From positions 78,246,001-78,310,000 of the forward strand of contig NC_058368.1 in assembly GCF_018350175.1 (NCBI RefSeq): 64,000 nt of DNA, in the 5' to 3' direction. A program made the translations under genes and the position numbers. The notes under the pieces are model-generated. The model ran no database searches. It saw only the letters and a list, made by a program, of their open reading frames with translations, and was not told where the DNA came from. This stretch comes from Felis catus (Eukaryota). This document shows positions 47,048 through 59,905 of the stretch, piece after piece. Every line of letters starts with the position of its first letter. The first letter of the stretch is position 1.

Positions 47048-48167
47048 ACTGGACTATTGCATTCATACGATGGAACACATTTAGGTTTGTGAATATGGTT
47101 GTTGGAATTGAGGAATGTATACAGTCTCTCTAGGTCTCCATTTTCCCATTATTAAATTAAGAGTAAGAAGTTATAGGATGGCTAAGCCTCCAGAGAACCC
47201 TGTGACACTAACATATTAATCTATTTTGTCACCCCTTGTGTAATATACTTGTAGTATTAAAATATTTAATATATTTAATGTTTCAGAAATATACCATCCC
47301 AAACCAAAAAAGTACATATATATAATTATACATATATATACTTACCTATGCACACCCTAACTCTTTGCCTCATCTTTATTTCCAGTAAGTGTTTCAAGAG
47401 CTTCTCCATAATTTAAGTACTGCTTATTTAAAGATTTACTAGTTTAATTATAGATATCCTCCCTCTTTCAAAATTCTTTAGATGTTTAGGGAAATCCTAC
47501 AGCTCATTCAAACCCATATAATTTATTTATATAACATAATTTAAAGCTTAATCAAAACATTCCTCAGTTCAAATTATTATTGGCATTTTGCATCTTTTGA
47601 CCTTTTTATATTTCCTATAAAACATTCTCATGCAGCTATAATTTCCAAAGATTTTAGAGCATTAAAAAAATCCACCCATCTATTACCTCCAGACAGCTCT
47701 GAAAATGAGAGATTATGAATCCTGGGATTGGTATTCAGACTTAGAAGAGGGAAGGAAAAGGTTTACATTATCATAAAAATATCATGGAACTTTCTAGACA
47801 TTTCTTTAAAAGTGCTGGTACACGTTGATTTTTTCAGGGAGTAAAAAATAAAAATTTGTAACTCAGGCCCCCAGAAAAAAAGGCCTCAGTCAGGAGGAAA
47901 GGACATCTTCGGGTACGGGTACGTTAGGTTCAGGCAAGGAATGATACCAGATGAGGATAAAATGCAAAGCCAGAGAGGAAAGGCACGTGAAGGGGAGAAA
48001 ATACAGGGTCTGTAGATTTGGGGCAAACGCTCACAGAAAGCAAGGTCTGGCAGCTCCAACCCAGATTTTCACAGAGTGTGTCTGCCAAGAGTAAATGTCT
48101 TCAATGGAAAATGGAAACATACTTAAGATAGCTTTTAAATATACATGATTTTATCCCCCCAAATGTC

Positions 48168-48374
48168 GGGCACCGGGGTGGCTCAGTTAGTTAAGCATTC
48201 GACTCTTGGTTTTGGCTCAGGTCATGATCTCGCAGTTCATGGGATCGAACCCCACGTCAGGCTCTGAGCTGACAGCACGGAGCCTGCTTGGGATTTTCTC
48301 CCTCTCTCTGCCCCTCCTCTGCTCTCTCTCTTTCTTTCTCAAAAATAAATAAACTAACCAAATAAATAAATAAA
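48168..48374 (+). mobile_element. CAN-SINE
   Basis: TSD tatccccccaaatg vs tagccccccaaatg. Confidence 0.94.
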
Positions 48375-48397
48375 TAGCCCCCCAAATGAAAAGTACC

Positions 48398-48777
48398 TGT
48401 ATGGGCTGAATTGTGTCTCCCCCCAAATTCCCATTTTAAAGCCCTAACCTCCAGTCCCTCCGAATGTGACTCTATTTGGGACAGGACCTTTAGAAAAGTG
48501 ACTTGGTTAAAATGAGACTGTTTGGCTGGGCCCAACTCAGTCTGACTGATGTCCTTCCAGGAGAGAAAATTTGGACACAGAGGGTGCCAGGGATGTTTGT
48601 AGGGAGGAAAGTCCATGTGAGAGCACAGCATCTGCCAGCCAAGGAGAGAGGCCCCAGGGGAAACCAAACCTTTGATACTGAATTCTTAGCTTCTGGAACG
48701 GTGAGAGAGTAAATTTCTGGTGATTAAGCCGCTGAGTTTGTGGCATTTTGTGATGGCAGCCTTAGAAAGACGGTATA
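48398..48777 (+). mobile_element. MLT1B/C-type MaLR solo LTR
   Basis: tgtatgggctgaattgtgtctcc...gccaaggagagaggcc...taaatttctggtgattaagcc...tggcagccttag. Confidence 0.88.
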
Positions 48778-48856
48778 GTCGCTGTGTATAACGCGAAGAT
48801 CATGAATCTGAATCTCCCTTCTGCCATATACTAACAATGTTCTCTAAGGCATTTTT

Positions 48857-48905
48857 GTTTTCGCTTTGAGAGAGAGAGAGAGTGCCAGCAGGGGAGAGGG
48901 AAAGA

Positions 48906-48945
<40 letters not shown>

Positions 48946-49041
48946 CTTAATCAAGGATTAATCATGTCACAACCGTGAGATCATGACCTGAGCCAAAATC
49001 AAGACTGGGACGCTCAACCAACTGAGCCACCCAGGCACCCC
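48857..49041 (-). mobile_element. CAN-SINE with internal deletion and filler
   Basis: Perfect TSD ctctaaggcattttt. Confidence 0.92.
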
Positions 49042-49055
49042 TCTAAGGCATTTTT

Positions 49056-49356
49056 TTATAAATATGAAATTTATTGTCAAATTGGTTTCCATACAACACC
49101 CAGTGCTCATCCCAGCAGGTGCCCTCCTCAATGCCCATTACCCACCTTCCCCTCCCTCCCACCCCCCATCAACTCGCAGTTTATTCTCAGTTTTTAAGAG
49201 TCTCTTATGGTTTACCTTCCTCTCTAACTTTTTTTTCTTTTCCTTCCCCTCCCCCATGGTCTTCTGTTAAGTCTCTCAGGATCCACATAAGAGTGAAAAC
49301 ATATGGTATCTGTCTCTCTCTGTATGACTTATTTCACTTAGCATAACAGTCTCCAG
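49056..49356 (-). mobile_element. Felid L1 3' end, 5'-truncated
   Basis: Closely matches 1556-1850 (tatgaaatttattgtcaaattggtttccatacaacacccagtgctcatccc...). Confidence 0.92.
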
Positions 49357-49359
49357 AAT

Positions 49360-49670
49360 TTTTTTAAATAAACATTCTTATTTTAGGATAGTTATAGATT
49401 TACAGAAAAGGTGAAAAGATAGTGCAGAGGGTTCCTACAAACCCACACCCAGTTTCCCAAACTATTACCATCTTATATTAGTATGGCACATTTGTCACAA
49501 TTAATGAATCAACCCTGAAGCATTATTATTAAAGTTCGTACTTTATTTGAATTTCCTTAGTTTTTACTGAATACATTTTTTTCCTCCAGGGTCCCATCTG
49601 GGATACATGACACTCAGTTATCACGTCTCTTGGGCTTCTCTGACTGTGACAGTTTCTCAGGCTTTCCTTG
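49360..49670 (-). mobile_element. Old L1 (L1MB/MC-like) 3' end
   Basis: tagatttacagaaaaggtgaaaagatagtgcagagggttcc...tagtatggcacatttgtcacaattaatgaa. Confidence 0.8.
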
Positions 49671-49855
49671 TTTTTTTCTTTTTCTTTATTTTTTTTATTT
49701 TTTTTGAGAGAGAGAGAGAGAGAGAGTGAGCGTGCACACACACAAGCAGGGCAGGGACAAAGGGAGAGGAAGAGAGGGAATCTTAAGCAGTCTCTGAGTT
49801 TAGGACGGAGCCCTACTCAGGCCTTGATACCACGACCGTGAGATCATAACTTGAG
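49670..49855 (-). mobile_element. 5'-truncated CAN-SINE
   Basis: Tail and body present. Head absent after gagatcataacttgagc. Confidence 0.85.
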
Positions 49856-50134
49856 CTTTTTAAAGACTGGAAAATCGTGAGTAACAAATAATTTCCTATC
49901 ACACCTGCTTTCTTATTTCACCTGTATAAAACATAGCATCCCTGGAGCATAGTGGGGTACCCGATACATGTAGTTCTCTTGTTTTGTCTCAATAATGCCT
50001 TATTTCCAACACATAAGGGAGAGCTGCTTTCTGTTGATACACCTAGGGGTCGAGATGCTTCCAAAGAAGCTGAGAGGGTCGGGATGAAGTTGGAGCTGAG
50101 AGGGTTTTATTTCACGGAAGGTCTCTTAGGAGGT

Positions 50135-51145
50135 CGGGCTTTGTGTGTGGGTCGGAGGGTGCCTTGCACGCTCAGCCGGGCCTTGATGATGCTGCTGCTC
50201 TCGGCTTCACTTCCCACTGGTTCAGAGCCTCAAGGTCAGCCACAGGTGAGAACTTGGGGTCTTTCCAGGCGGTTTCTGAGGACATGCCCAGCCTTGGGTC
50301 TGGGAGTTTTTCAAAGCTTCTGAGGACATCCACTTGCCTTGCTACTTATGGTTTTCCCTTCCTTTTAGGTGGTTAGTTAGCCTGCAGTCTGTCCCAAAGT
50401 CATCCCAGCTCAGGCAGCCACAGTGTTGAACAATTGCCCCAGATTGTTTCCCATCAGTGCCCTCCTGCCCGGTGCCCTGTCTGGATCTAGTGAAATTAAA
50501 ATTAGCCTTACAGTTGGGTTTTCCTGGGAGCTGCCACATGGGCCAAATCAGGACAAGTCTCTGACAAAGGGTCTGTCCAGACCCTCCTCGGGCTACAGGA
50601 TTGCTGCTTTTCACCGTCACTGTGGATTTTGGTTTTTACGACTGCTATGGAGTTAGGGTGAGGGCATCGGGGACAGGACAAGTGGAAACACCACAAAGCT
50701 CACCAGTCTTTTTTATTTTTCTTTTAATATTTTGTGTTTATTTATTTTTGAGAGAGAAAGAGAGCGTGAGCAGGGGAGGGGCAGAGAGAGAGGGAGACAC
50801 AGAATCCAAGCAGGCTCCAGGCTCTGAGCTGTCAGCACAGAGCCCGACACAGGGCTCAAACCCACAAACCGTGAGATCATGACCTGAGCCGAAGTTGAAC
50901 GCTTAACCAACTGAGCCACCCAAGTGCCCCCAAAGCTCACCAGTCTTAACAAAATTGAGCCGTTTTTCTTAGATAAACATCCTTCGATTTTTGCAAACCT
51001 TTAGTTAATTACCAGGTTGCTTAAAAAAAAAATTAAAAATTAAAAAAAAAAGCTGAACCTGACAAGTTTTGCAAGTTTTCTTGTTGCTTTTATGGAGGAG
51101 AGGATTTTGGAAGCACATTACTCTGCCTTTCCCAACAATACCACT
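50135..51145 (-). mobile_element. Ancient L1 5' region (L1MD-like), split by a SINE
   Basis: cagagcctcaaggtcagccacaggtgaga...ccacaaagctcac...ttgttgcttttatggaggagaggattttggaag. Confidence 0.7.
50711..50930 (-). mobile_element. CAN-SINE
   Basis: Perfect 17-bp TSD caaagctcaccagtctt. Confidence 0.96.
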
Positions 51146-51152
51146 TGATGGC

Positions 51153-51253
51153 ATACCTAATTTTGTGTTCATTTAAAAAAATTTTTTGTTATAGAAGAGC
51201 TGGAAAGTTTTATAAGCTTTAGGCCTCCACAAAAATTTATCTATCTGTCCCTG
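51153..51253. mobile_element. MER53-like hAT fragment
   Basis: tacctaattttgtgttc...tataagctttaggcctccacaaaaa...tctgtccctg. Confidence 0.55.
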
Positions 51254-54247
51254 GTGCCTGTCAGTGGTTTTAAATCCTTTGCAGGTATTAACTCTAATCT
51301 TCTCTACTATCCCTTGAGGGAAGCCCTTCTACCTAGAAGTGTGCTTCAGCTCAAAGCTACTAAGTTAGCAGTCCAGAGCCATCAGCCAGCAATATGAACT
51401 CAGTCCAGCATGCAACCACTGCACAGCACAACTTAAAACTGGTAGCAGGTGTTTCCTGCCATTAACAATCCCCAGACCCCACTCCAAACACACACAAAGC
51501 ATCTGATGTCTGCAGTTAGTTTTTGACTATGTTCTAGAGTAAATTTCAGTGCCTCCCTCTGCCGATTCCTTAATAGCCCAGTTTTGTTTTTGTTTTTTGT
51601 TTTTTGGTGTTTTTTTTGTTGTTGTTGTTGTTTTTTGTTTTTGCCTTTGAAATTAGACATCATTGCCCCACCAGGGAGTTTGTTTTGATTTTTCCAAATC
51701 TTTAACAAAAAGTATCAATTCCATAAATTATCCGTCAGTAAGGCTATGAAATAACATTCATTTACCAACTTTTCAGTACTAGAACTATTTTTTTTAATTT
51801 TATCTTATTTATTTTTATTTCCTACTTGTTTTACACTCCTTGGATAAAAATAGAAATATAAAAGTACAATAATATCTAATCGGCTAACCAATAGGTGTTT
51901 GCTATGTACCTCTATAAATTATAACTGAAGTGGGGGGAAAAACCCTGAAAATGTAGGTGGAATTTTGGATCTCCCTGAAAGACCTACTAAGATTACTATC
52001 ACTATAGTAAAACAGAGGGACTATGTATCAACTTGTTTGGTTTAGGCTAATAACAGTAGGATTAGAGGAAATTAAAGAGATTAGAGGAAGACACATGGAC
52101 AGGTAAGGGTGGGAACAGACCTCGAAAATAGGTGCACATTCAGAGGCAGAGAGGGAGACCAAACAAACTCCAAAATCTCTGTGAACACAGAGGAGAGGCT
52201 GTAAGTAATAACAACGTGTGTATCTTTCCTGTCTGTTTCCAGAAATCATTTATTAAAGACTGATGGGCCAATGGGACGCCTGTTGATTAGAACAAAGTTT
52301 TCCTGCTGAGGAGGCAGCTTTGGCGAAAGCTGTTGGGGATACTGGTGAATGGAAGAGCCCCTCCCACAACCAGGAAATAACGTTCCTTCAATGGTTTCTC
52401 AGGACCAAGCCATTATTTTGTCTACCTGCCCTCTCTCTTCTGATTTTTATTTGTGGGCCTTAACAGGCACAACTTGTGAGCTGATGTTTTATTCACATAG
52501 GAATGCTAAACCACACCCAGTCTTTAAATTTATCCTAAAAGTTCCCGAGACAGTCCTGAAGAAACTGAGAATCTTGTGGTTGAGTTACAATGCATTTGAT
52601 GTACATTCCTGGCTTCCAAATTTATGGTTCCTGTCAGTTACACAAAGGACACCTGGTGAATTTCTATTTCTTATTCACTCGAATGTGTTGTACTACAAAA
52701 TCAGTTCTTTTTTTAAAGAAAGCAGCAGGAGGGAAACGTGTCTACGAGGCTCCTTCTCACACTGTCGCATCTGGTAGTTCGGGCACAGGTGCTAGGCGTC
52801 CGGGAAGGTGGGACTAGCGTGGAGGAGAGGGGTTGTGACCCAGCAGTCCCAGACCGGTGTCAACACCACCACCATGGAGTTTGGAGCAGGATTGTGCTAT
52901 CAGTTTAGGACTCGATTCAAACATAACTCCTGTTTTCCCACTAAGTAAAAACTTGTGAAACAAATTCAGGAATCATTATAAAGGAGTAGAGGTCTGAAGA
53001 ATTAAATCAGCCAAGAGGAAAAGAGTGAACACATCTTATGAATTCCAGTAGGAGAGAAATATAAGATTTCTGATTTCGGTGTTCAATTTCAGAGCTCAGT
53101 GTGTCACTTTTAAGTTCATACTAATTTCATTTTACTGGAGCTTTTCCCCTCAGTACAAAAGTACTGAAAAACTCAAAATCACAGAGGAAAAAAAGGCAGT
53201 CGTAACTACCGAACTTACAAATAATTGGTGTTCCTATTTTGATAGAAGATCAATAAGGTTGTATTTTTTCTATGCATTTAAAATATGCTTTTTAAAAATT
53301 GCATACTGTATATACATTACATACATTGCATGCCATTAACTCCTTCTTCAATAATTTAATGGCTGCCTATCATAGTATTATATGAAGTACTCTATTTACA
53401 TAACCACTTAGATTTTTCCCCGTTTTTTTCCATTGCAAGTGATACTATGATGAGCACCTGTGCACATCCATCCATCCATCCATCCATATACGTGGGATTT
53501 CATTAAAGAGTGATGCTAACCAGGAACTGGAACATTCTCACTATCTTCAAATAAATGGATATGATTAAAATGATGCATATCGTCTCTATCTCTCCCATCA
53601 GGTATTTGATGGTAGCTGATAATTAGCAACTGCACCTACAGTGATCTCATTTACACTCATTAACAAAATCAAATAAGGTCAAAATTTATTGTCCTGTTCA
53701 GTGAATCATGAGTCTGGCAGCTGCTACCACCAAGGCAAGCATTAATGCCTGGCTGTTAACAGACTGTCTGAAAAAGTATTTTCCTGATTATCTTCTAATG
53801 AACTTATTCCTAGGAGATAATATTGCAAGGAATACGTGACCAAATTTCTCTAGCGAGAAGAGTTTAAACTGATGGTACATTGGGATTTCCTCAACAAAAA
53901 GGGAAGCTCCTTCAAATAATAAATTTATATTACAGACCAGGATGCGCTAGACAACAGCCATTTTGAGGGATACCGTGGAGGAGGAAAGTTTATCTTCTCC
54001 AAGTGTGTCCTCTGGTTTCATGGGGCAGAGAAAGGCAGCCATTGTTGAATGGAGGCTAATTCACTTAGCAATTACTATACGCTATAATTTTCCATCTCAT
54101 CCTTAATCCAAAGTATCCATTTTGGATGAGCCAGATCTTATATATATCTTCTTATCTATAGTCACTCTAAAAGAACCACTATCCACATGTTGTCATTGTC
54201 AGTGCAAAAATAACAAGGAGAGAAAGCAGTTGTGGTTAGACAAGGTT

Positions 54248-55053
54248 GTTTTTTTTTAAAGTTTTTATTAAATTCCAGTTAGTTAACGTAATAACGTTGT
54301 GTCAGGTGAGTGATTCAACATCACCCACGGCTCGTCATGACTAGTGCCCTCTTTAATCCCCACCCCGCCACCCACCTCCGGTCTGGTTACTGTCAGTTTG
54401 TTCCCTGTATTTGACAGTCTGTTTCTTGGTTTGCTCTTTCTCTCTCGTGTTTTCTCCCTTTACTTATTTGTTTTGTTTCTTAAATTCCACGTATGAGTAA
54501 AATGATACGGCATTTGTCCTTTCTCTGACTTTTTCACTTTGCATAATACTCTCTAGCTCCATCCATGTCATTGCAAATGGCAAGATTTTTTTAAATGTTT
54601 ATTTATTTTTGAGGGAGAGAGAGAGCAGAGGAGGGAAAGAAAGGGAGGGAGACACAGAATCTGAAGCAGGCTCCAGGCTGTGCGCTGTCAGCACAGAGCC
54701 CGATGCCGGGCTCGAACTCATGAACCATGAGATCATAACCTGAGCCAAAATCGGACGCTTAACCAACCGAGCCATCCAGGCGCCCCGCAAATGGCAAGAT
54801 TTCATTCTTTTTATGTCTGAGTAACATTCCACTGTGTGCAACATTGATATACATATCGATCACATCTTCTTTATCTATTCTTCAGTCAATGGACACTTGG
54901 GCTGCTTCTATAATTTGGCTTTTGTAGATAATGCTGCTATTTAAATACCAGGATGAATGTAACCCTTTGAATTTGTATTTTTGTATTCTTTGGGTAAATA
55001 CCCAGTAGTGTAATTGCTGGATAATAGGGTAGTTCTATTTGTAACTTTTTGAG
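54248..55053 (-). mobile_element. Carnivore L1 3' end (ORF2 C-terminus + 3'UTR), split by a SINE
   Basis: T-tail, 3'UTR, then antisense ORF2 end (LKKLQIELPYYPAITLLGIYP). Confidence 0.9.
54589..54786 (-). mobile_element. CAN-SINE nested in L1
   Basis: Perfect TSD gcaaatggcaagattt. Confidence 0.96.
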
Positions 55054-55714
55054 AGAACTACAGGTCAACATCCCTGATGAACATGGATGCAAAAATTCTC
55101 AATAAAATACCAGCAACCTGAATCCAACTATACATTAAAAAAATCATTCGCTATGATCAAGTGGGATTTATTCTTAAGTTGCAAGGGTGGTTTGATTTTC
55201 GCAAATCAATCAATGTGATATACAGTGTTAATAAAGAAAGGGTAAGAACCGTATGATCATTTCCGTAGACGCAGACAAAGTAGAACAGACATTCATGATA
55301 ATAAAAACTTGCAGCAAAGTAAGTTTAGAGGGGACATACCTCAACATAATCGAGGCCATATATGAAAACCCACAGCTCATATCATCCTCAATGGGAAAAA
55401 GCTCTCAGCTAAGGTCAGGAACAAGACAAGGATGTCCACTCTCACCACTGTGATTGAACATAGTACTAGAAGTCCCAGCCACAGTAATCAGACAACAAAA
55501 AGAAATAAAAGGCATTCCGATAGGCAAGAAAGAAGTAAAACTTCCACTATTTGCAGATAACATGATACTCTACATACAAAGCCCGAAAGACTCCACCAAA
55601 AAACTGCTCGAACTGATAAATGAATTCAGTAAAGTCACAGGATAAAAAAATCAGTGTAGAGAAATCTAGTGCATTTCTAAACACCAATAATGAAGCAACA
55701 GAAAGAGAAATTAA
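55052..55714 (+). mobile_element. Inverted L1 ORF2 reverse-transcriptase segment (disrupted)
   Basis: ENYRSTSLMNMDAKILNKI...[13 protein letters not shown]...LFADNMILY...[14 protein letters not shown]. Contains stops and deletions, and the catalytic FADD reads FADN (55550-55561). Confidence 0.95.
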
Positions 55715-56509
55715 CTGATCAGACAGAGTTTTTAGAATTAGCACTTAGTTTTGAAAAAACAAACACAGAGCATAGTTTGAATTTAGCTTGGCTCTCATGC
55801 CAAACATGAATGCCAGGTAAATTTAGTCAATATAAAAATGGATCAAGAAAATAGACAAATCTTCTTAATCTAGGCCGTATCAATTAAATGGCATCTCTTG
55901 ACTCAACGAAATTTCTATGTTATGTGATTGAAGCGGCATCGTTTATCTGTATGGCTTTTTTCAATAAACCAAACATTTTTATTTTAAGATCTTTTATTTC
56001 TATGTACTGAATAACCAAATATGATCGTTTTTCAATACCAAAGTAAATATAAAAATAGTTTTCATTTTCCTACCAGAAAGATGGTTATGCCACAGTCACG
56101 TAGATAAGGCAACAATATCTCCTACATCCCTGAGCAGTGACGTGGCATAAATATTGGCAAGCGCTAAGGGCTTTGGTGATTATATTTATTGTTGTGAACA
56201 GGTAGTTCACCTGACCTGCCTTTCAATAGACAATACATCACTTTTCATAGATAGTATGTACACAGTCAAAATTTAGAAGGTACAAATGAGTGGAAAGAAA
56301 AGGGGAAAATTTTCTTTCTCGCTCTTGTCTACTGAGAGTCTCAGCTTCCTTCTCTAGAGGAGACAGTTCCTGTGTGACCTTGAAGAGACGGGAGAGCATG
56401 TACTAGTAGCTCCAACGTTTTGCAAGTTTGTGTGATGCCACTTTGCTTTTTTAGGAAAGCTGTTTTTGCTAACCATAAGAAACCCGAAGACGATTTTCGC
56501 TTTTACAAA

Positions 56510-56513
<4 letters not shown>

Positions 56514-56555
<42 letters not shown>

Positions 56556-56566
56556 GAGAGAGAGAG
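56514..56566. repeat. (GA)n microsatellite
   Basis: GA run with one interruption. Confidence 0.96.
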
Positions 56567-57051
56567 CATTCAGTATTGGTTTTGCAGTGAGCCTCTATGG
56601 AGTCAGGGTGAGCCCTGAGCGTGAGCACAGCCTTGCCCAGCTCCCTCCCCAGGAACCCCCTCCTCAGCATTTTCCCATCAGGCCCACCACAGCTCTGAAA
56701 TGTACCATCTGTGAGCATCTGGGCTTTCCCTCGATTTATTTTGTGCTCCTGTTACCAAGATGTGTCCTAAGGTCTCAGAAAAGCCAAAGAGAGATGACTT
56801 TCTGGGCATGGGAATGCTCGAAAATATTTCTGTATAAATTAATGGTATTCGCGTCTTCACTTTAGGCAAAGTTTAGGAAAGTTTTCATAGGAACACTGTA
56901 CTTTTTGGATTATCGGGGGAAACCTGTATGAGCATACCAGATTATATCTCCTTTAAAAACATATGAATGGTCAAAGAATCTCCCAGTGTCCTACAGCTTC
57001 CTGAGATATATTAAGTAGAAAAAAAGGAAACTCTTAGAAAAGGCATTTCTA

Positions 57052-57277
57052 GGGGCGCCTGGGTGGCTCAGCGGGTTAAGCGGCCGACTTCAGCTCAGGT
57101 CATGATCTCGAGGTCCGTGGGTTCGAGCCCCGCGTTGGGCTCTGTGCTGACAGCTCAGAGCCTGGAGCCTGTTTCAGATTCTGTGTCTCCCTCTCTCTGA
57201 CCCTCCCCCGTTCATGCTCTGTCTCTCTCTGTCTGAAAAATAAATAAACGTTTAAAAAAAATTTAAAAAAAAAAAAA
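57052..57277 (+). mobile_element. Fairly young CAN-SINE
   Basis: Perfect TSD agaaaaggcatttcta. Confidence 0.97.
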
Positions 57278-57299
57278 AGAAAAGGCATTTCTATGTATA

Positions 57300-58420
57300 C
57301 CAGAGTTTCATGTTCTCATGGGCTGATACACCATCACTTATTTAATTAAACTTCTGTTAACATGTATGTTTTCTCTTTCATTCGTGGTGTGATTTTACAG
57401 TAACTATCCTCATAAATATGCCTTTTGTACATATGTAACTATATCTATAAGATAAAGCCCTGGAAATTGAATAAATTGGCCAAAATATAAATGCATTTTA
57501 AATTTTGATAATATTGTCACTTGTCCCCATAGAGGATCAATAATATACATGATATAAATATAAATAGTTGTATTAAAAAAGTATGAGAATATCTGTTCTA
57601 TCACATTCTTATTGAAACAAAGTATCAAAGTTTTGCTTTGTAAATTTTATTTTATTATTCAATTTTTTTAATGCTTATTTGTTTTTGAGAGAGACAGAGA
57701 GTGCAAACGGGGGAGGGGCAGAGAGAGAGACACGCACACGCAGAATCTGAAGCAGGCTCCAGGATCTGAGTGTCAGCACAGAGCCCAGCGCGGGGCTTGA
57801 ACTCACAAACTGTGAGATCATGACCTAAGCAGAAGTCACAGGATCAACTGACTGAGCCACCCAGGTGCCCCTGGTTTATAAATTCTACAGCAAAAAGAAA
57901 AATATACTTCAGTATGTCTTTATTATGAATGAGCAATCTACCTTTTTATAAGTTTAATAGCTGGGTTTTCTTACATATGTTTTTGTTTTTGAACATTTTT
58001 ATATAAAGTTGTATTTGTTATTTATTATATAGTTAATAGACTTTCTTTAAGAAGCTCTTCACATCACAAAGAAAAACGTCATTTTTCTACTATTTCATTA
58101 CAAATATTTCCCCTGCTGTGTCACCGCTTTTGACTTACTTTCAGTATTTAGTGCAGAGTATTTTTATAAATTTTGTAAATTAAAGTTAGCAATCTTTCTT
58201 CTCTGGCTTCTATTTTGTTTTTGTTTTCAACGCTTAAAACATTCTTCTCCTAAATTTGTATTGTTTGTATGGCTTTGTTTTCCTGCTTTTAAATATCTGG
58301 TTTATATGAAATATGTCTCGTTTAAGCAATGAGGGTTCCAAACTGTCTATTTTTTTTTCTAGAAAACTGCGTAGTTTTCTCCTCTTTATTAAATAACCCA
58401 TGTTTTCCCCTTTGACATGA
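57300..58420 (-). mobile_element. Old L1 (L1ME-like) fragment, split by a SINE
   Basis: T-rich decayed antisense ORF2: tgcattttaaattttgataatattgtc...gagggttccaaactgtctattttt. Confidence 0.6.
57650..57871 (-). mobile_element. CAN-SINE
   Basis: Antisense body ending ccacccaggtgcccc. Confidence 0.94.
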
Positions 58421-59234
58421 CTTGTCCCCTTCCTTTTACACTGAAGCTTGCACATAGTAACCCATCAGAATTTGACAAAGCTGAATCATACACCTGGGTT
58501 TATGCCTTAACAAGGCTAGCCAACCCAGGTATACCCCAGTATGTCGCCAGCAAATATTTTATCCAGATTGATGCTGAGTTGAAGATAACATTGCTATGTG
58601 AATCTACAGGCTAGATTTACCATGCTCTAACAGGAAAAGGTCACATTTGGTGAGATTAAGAGCTATATTGAAATGTAAACACATTTATACAGTGAAAGCA
58701 TAAAACTGTATTTATGACCTTATTTACATTTCATACCTAGAGAAAAAAGCGTATTGTACTATACCCAGTGCCCTGGTTTCTTGAGGATTTTGCAAACCAT
58801 TTTATTGTCTTTATTTTATTGGACAGTCTAAATTACGCCGTGACTCATGGGCCAGAAAGGATCCGTTTATAAATATAAATAATATAATTTTTCCTATGAA
58901 TTATTTTCATTTCTTCACAATTATTAAAGTTGTATTAGGGAACCCAGCTACCACCCTCCTTTGCTATATACAGTGTTGCAAAGTTGGAAGAAATTTACTC
59001 GAATTTAACAAATAGACCCCAAATCAAAACCTATAGTTTTCTTGATTTTAATGAGGCAATTTATATACACTCAAATCCCAGCCATCTGAAATTGGCTTGG
59101 GTCCCTGACGCCTATCTTTCTCATTTTAAAAGTTTCAACTTATCAAAAATCCTTCAGTATCGCTCAGGTCTTTGAGGTTTGGCTGTGCTAATGAACGAAC
59201 TAGGTCACAGCACAGGTCTGCCAGAATGGTAATT

Positions 59235-59315
59235 AATAAGAAATAGCACTTACATAGGACTTTACATCTTCAAAGGACTTTGCAAACACTAATTAACCCA
59301 CATAACTGACCCCTT
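59235..59315 (-). mobile_element. Ancient MIR-related SINE fragment (MIR3/MIR1_Amn-like)
   Basis: tagcacttacataggactttacatcttcaaaggactttgcaaacactaattaacccacataac resembles the amniote MIR tail. Confidence 0.45.
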
Positions 59316-59453
59316 TAAAAGAACTAAGCAGGAACGAGCATTTGTTTTATGAATGACAAACTGACTTGCAATAAAGCTGTAATTATGCCTGATGTGAAGG
59401 CATTACTCACAAGCAATATGTCTTCTCCCATTACATTTCACATGATTCTAGAA

Positions 59454-59905
59454 CAACTTTCCCCACTTCAGCACTAGTGACCTTTTGGTTTAGTTATTTG
59501 TTGCGGGGGAATTTTCTGTCCATTGTGGGATATATAACAACGTCTTTGGTGCCTGCCCACTAGATGCCAGTTGCACGTCCCCAGTCTTGACTCCTAGAGG
59601 GGCGCCTGGGTGGCTCAGTCAACTGAGTGTCTGACTCTTGATTTCGGCTTAGGGCACGATCCCAGGGTTGTGGGATCAAGCCCCATGTTGGGCTCCATTC
59701 TGAGCATGGAGCCTACTTGGGATACTCCCTCTCTCCCTCCCTCTCTCTCTCTCTCTGCCCCTCTGACCTGCTTGTACACATTCTCTCTCTCACACACATT
59801 AAAAAAAATAAAATAAAATAAAAGTAAAAAAGTCTCTAGAGGCTGCCAAACCCTGGGGGGGGGGGTGTGGAGTGCACAAGAAACAGCCCCCGTTGTGAAC
59901 CACTA
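59454..59905 (-). mobile_element. MER20 hAT DNA transposon, split by a SINE
   Basis: cagcactagtgaccttttgg...cccactagatgccag...gccaaaccctggggg...gcccccgttgtgaaccact. Confidence 0.8.
59599..59831 (+). mobile_element. Older CAN-SINE
   Basis: ggggcgcctgggtggctcagtc...gactcttgatttcggc. Confidence 0.93.

Noticed and set aside
55052..55714. Reverse transcriptase as part of a novel RT system
   Set aside because: Ordinary L1 ORF2 motifs, with stops, deletions and a mutated catalytic motif.
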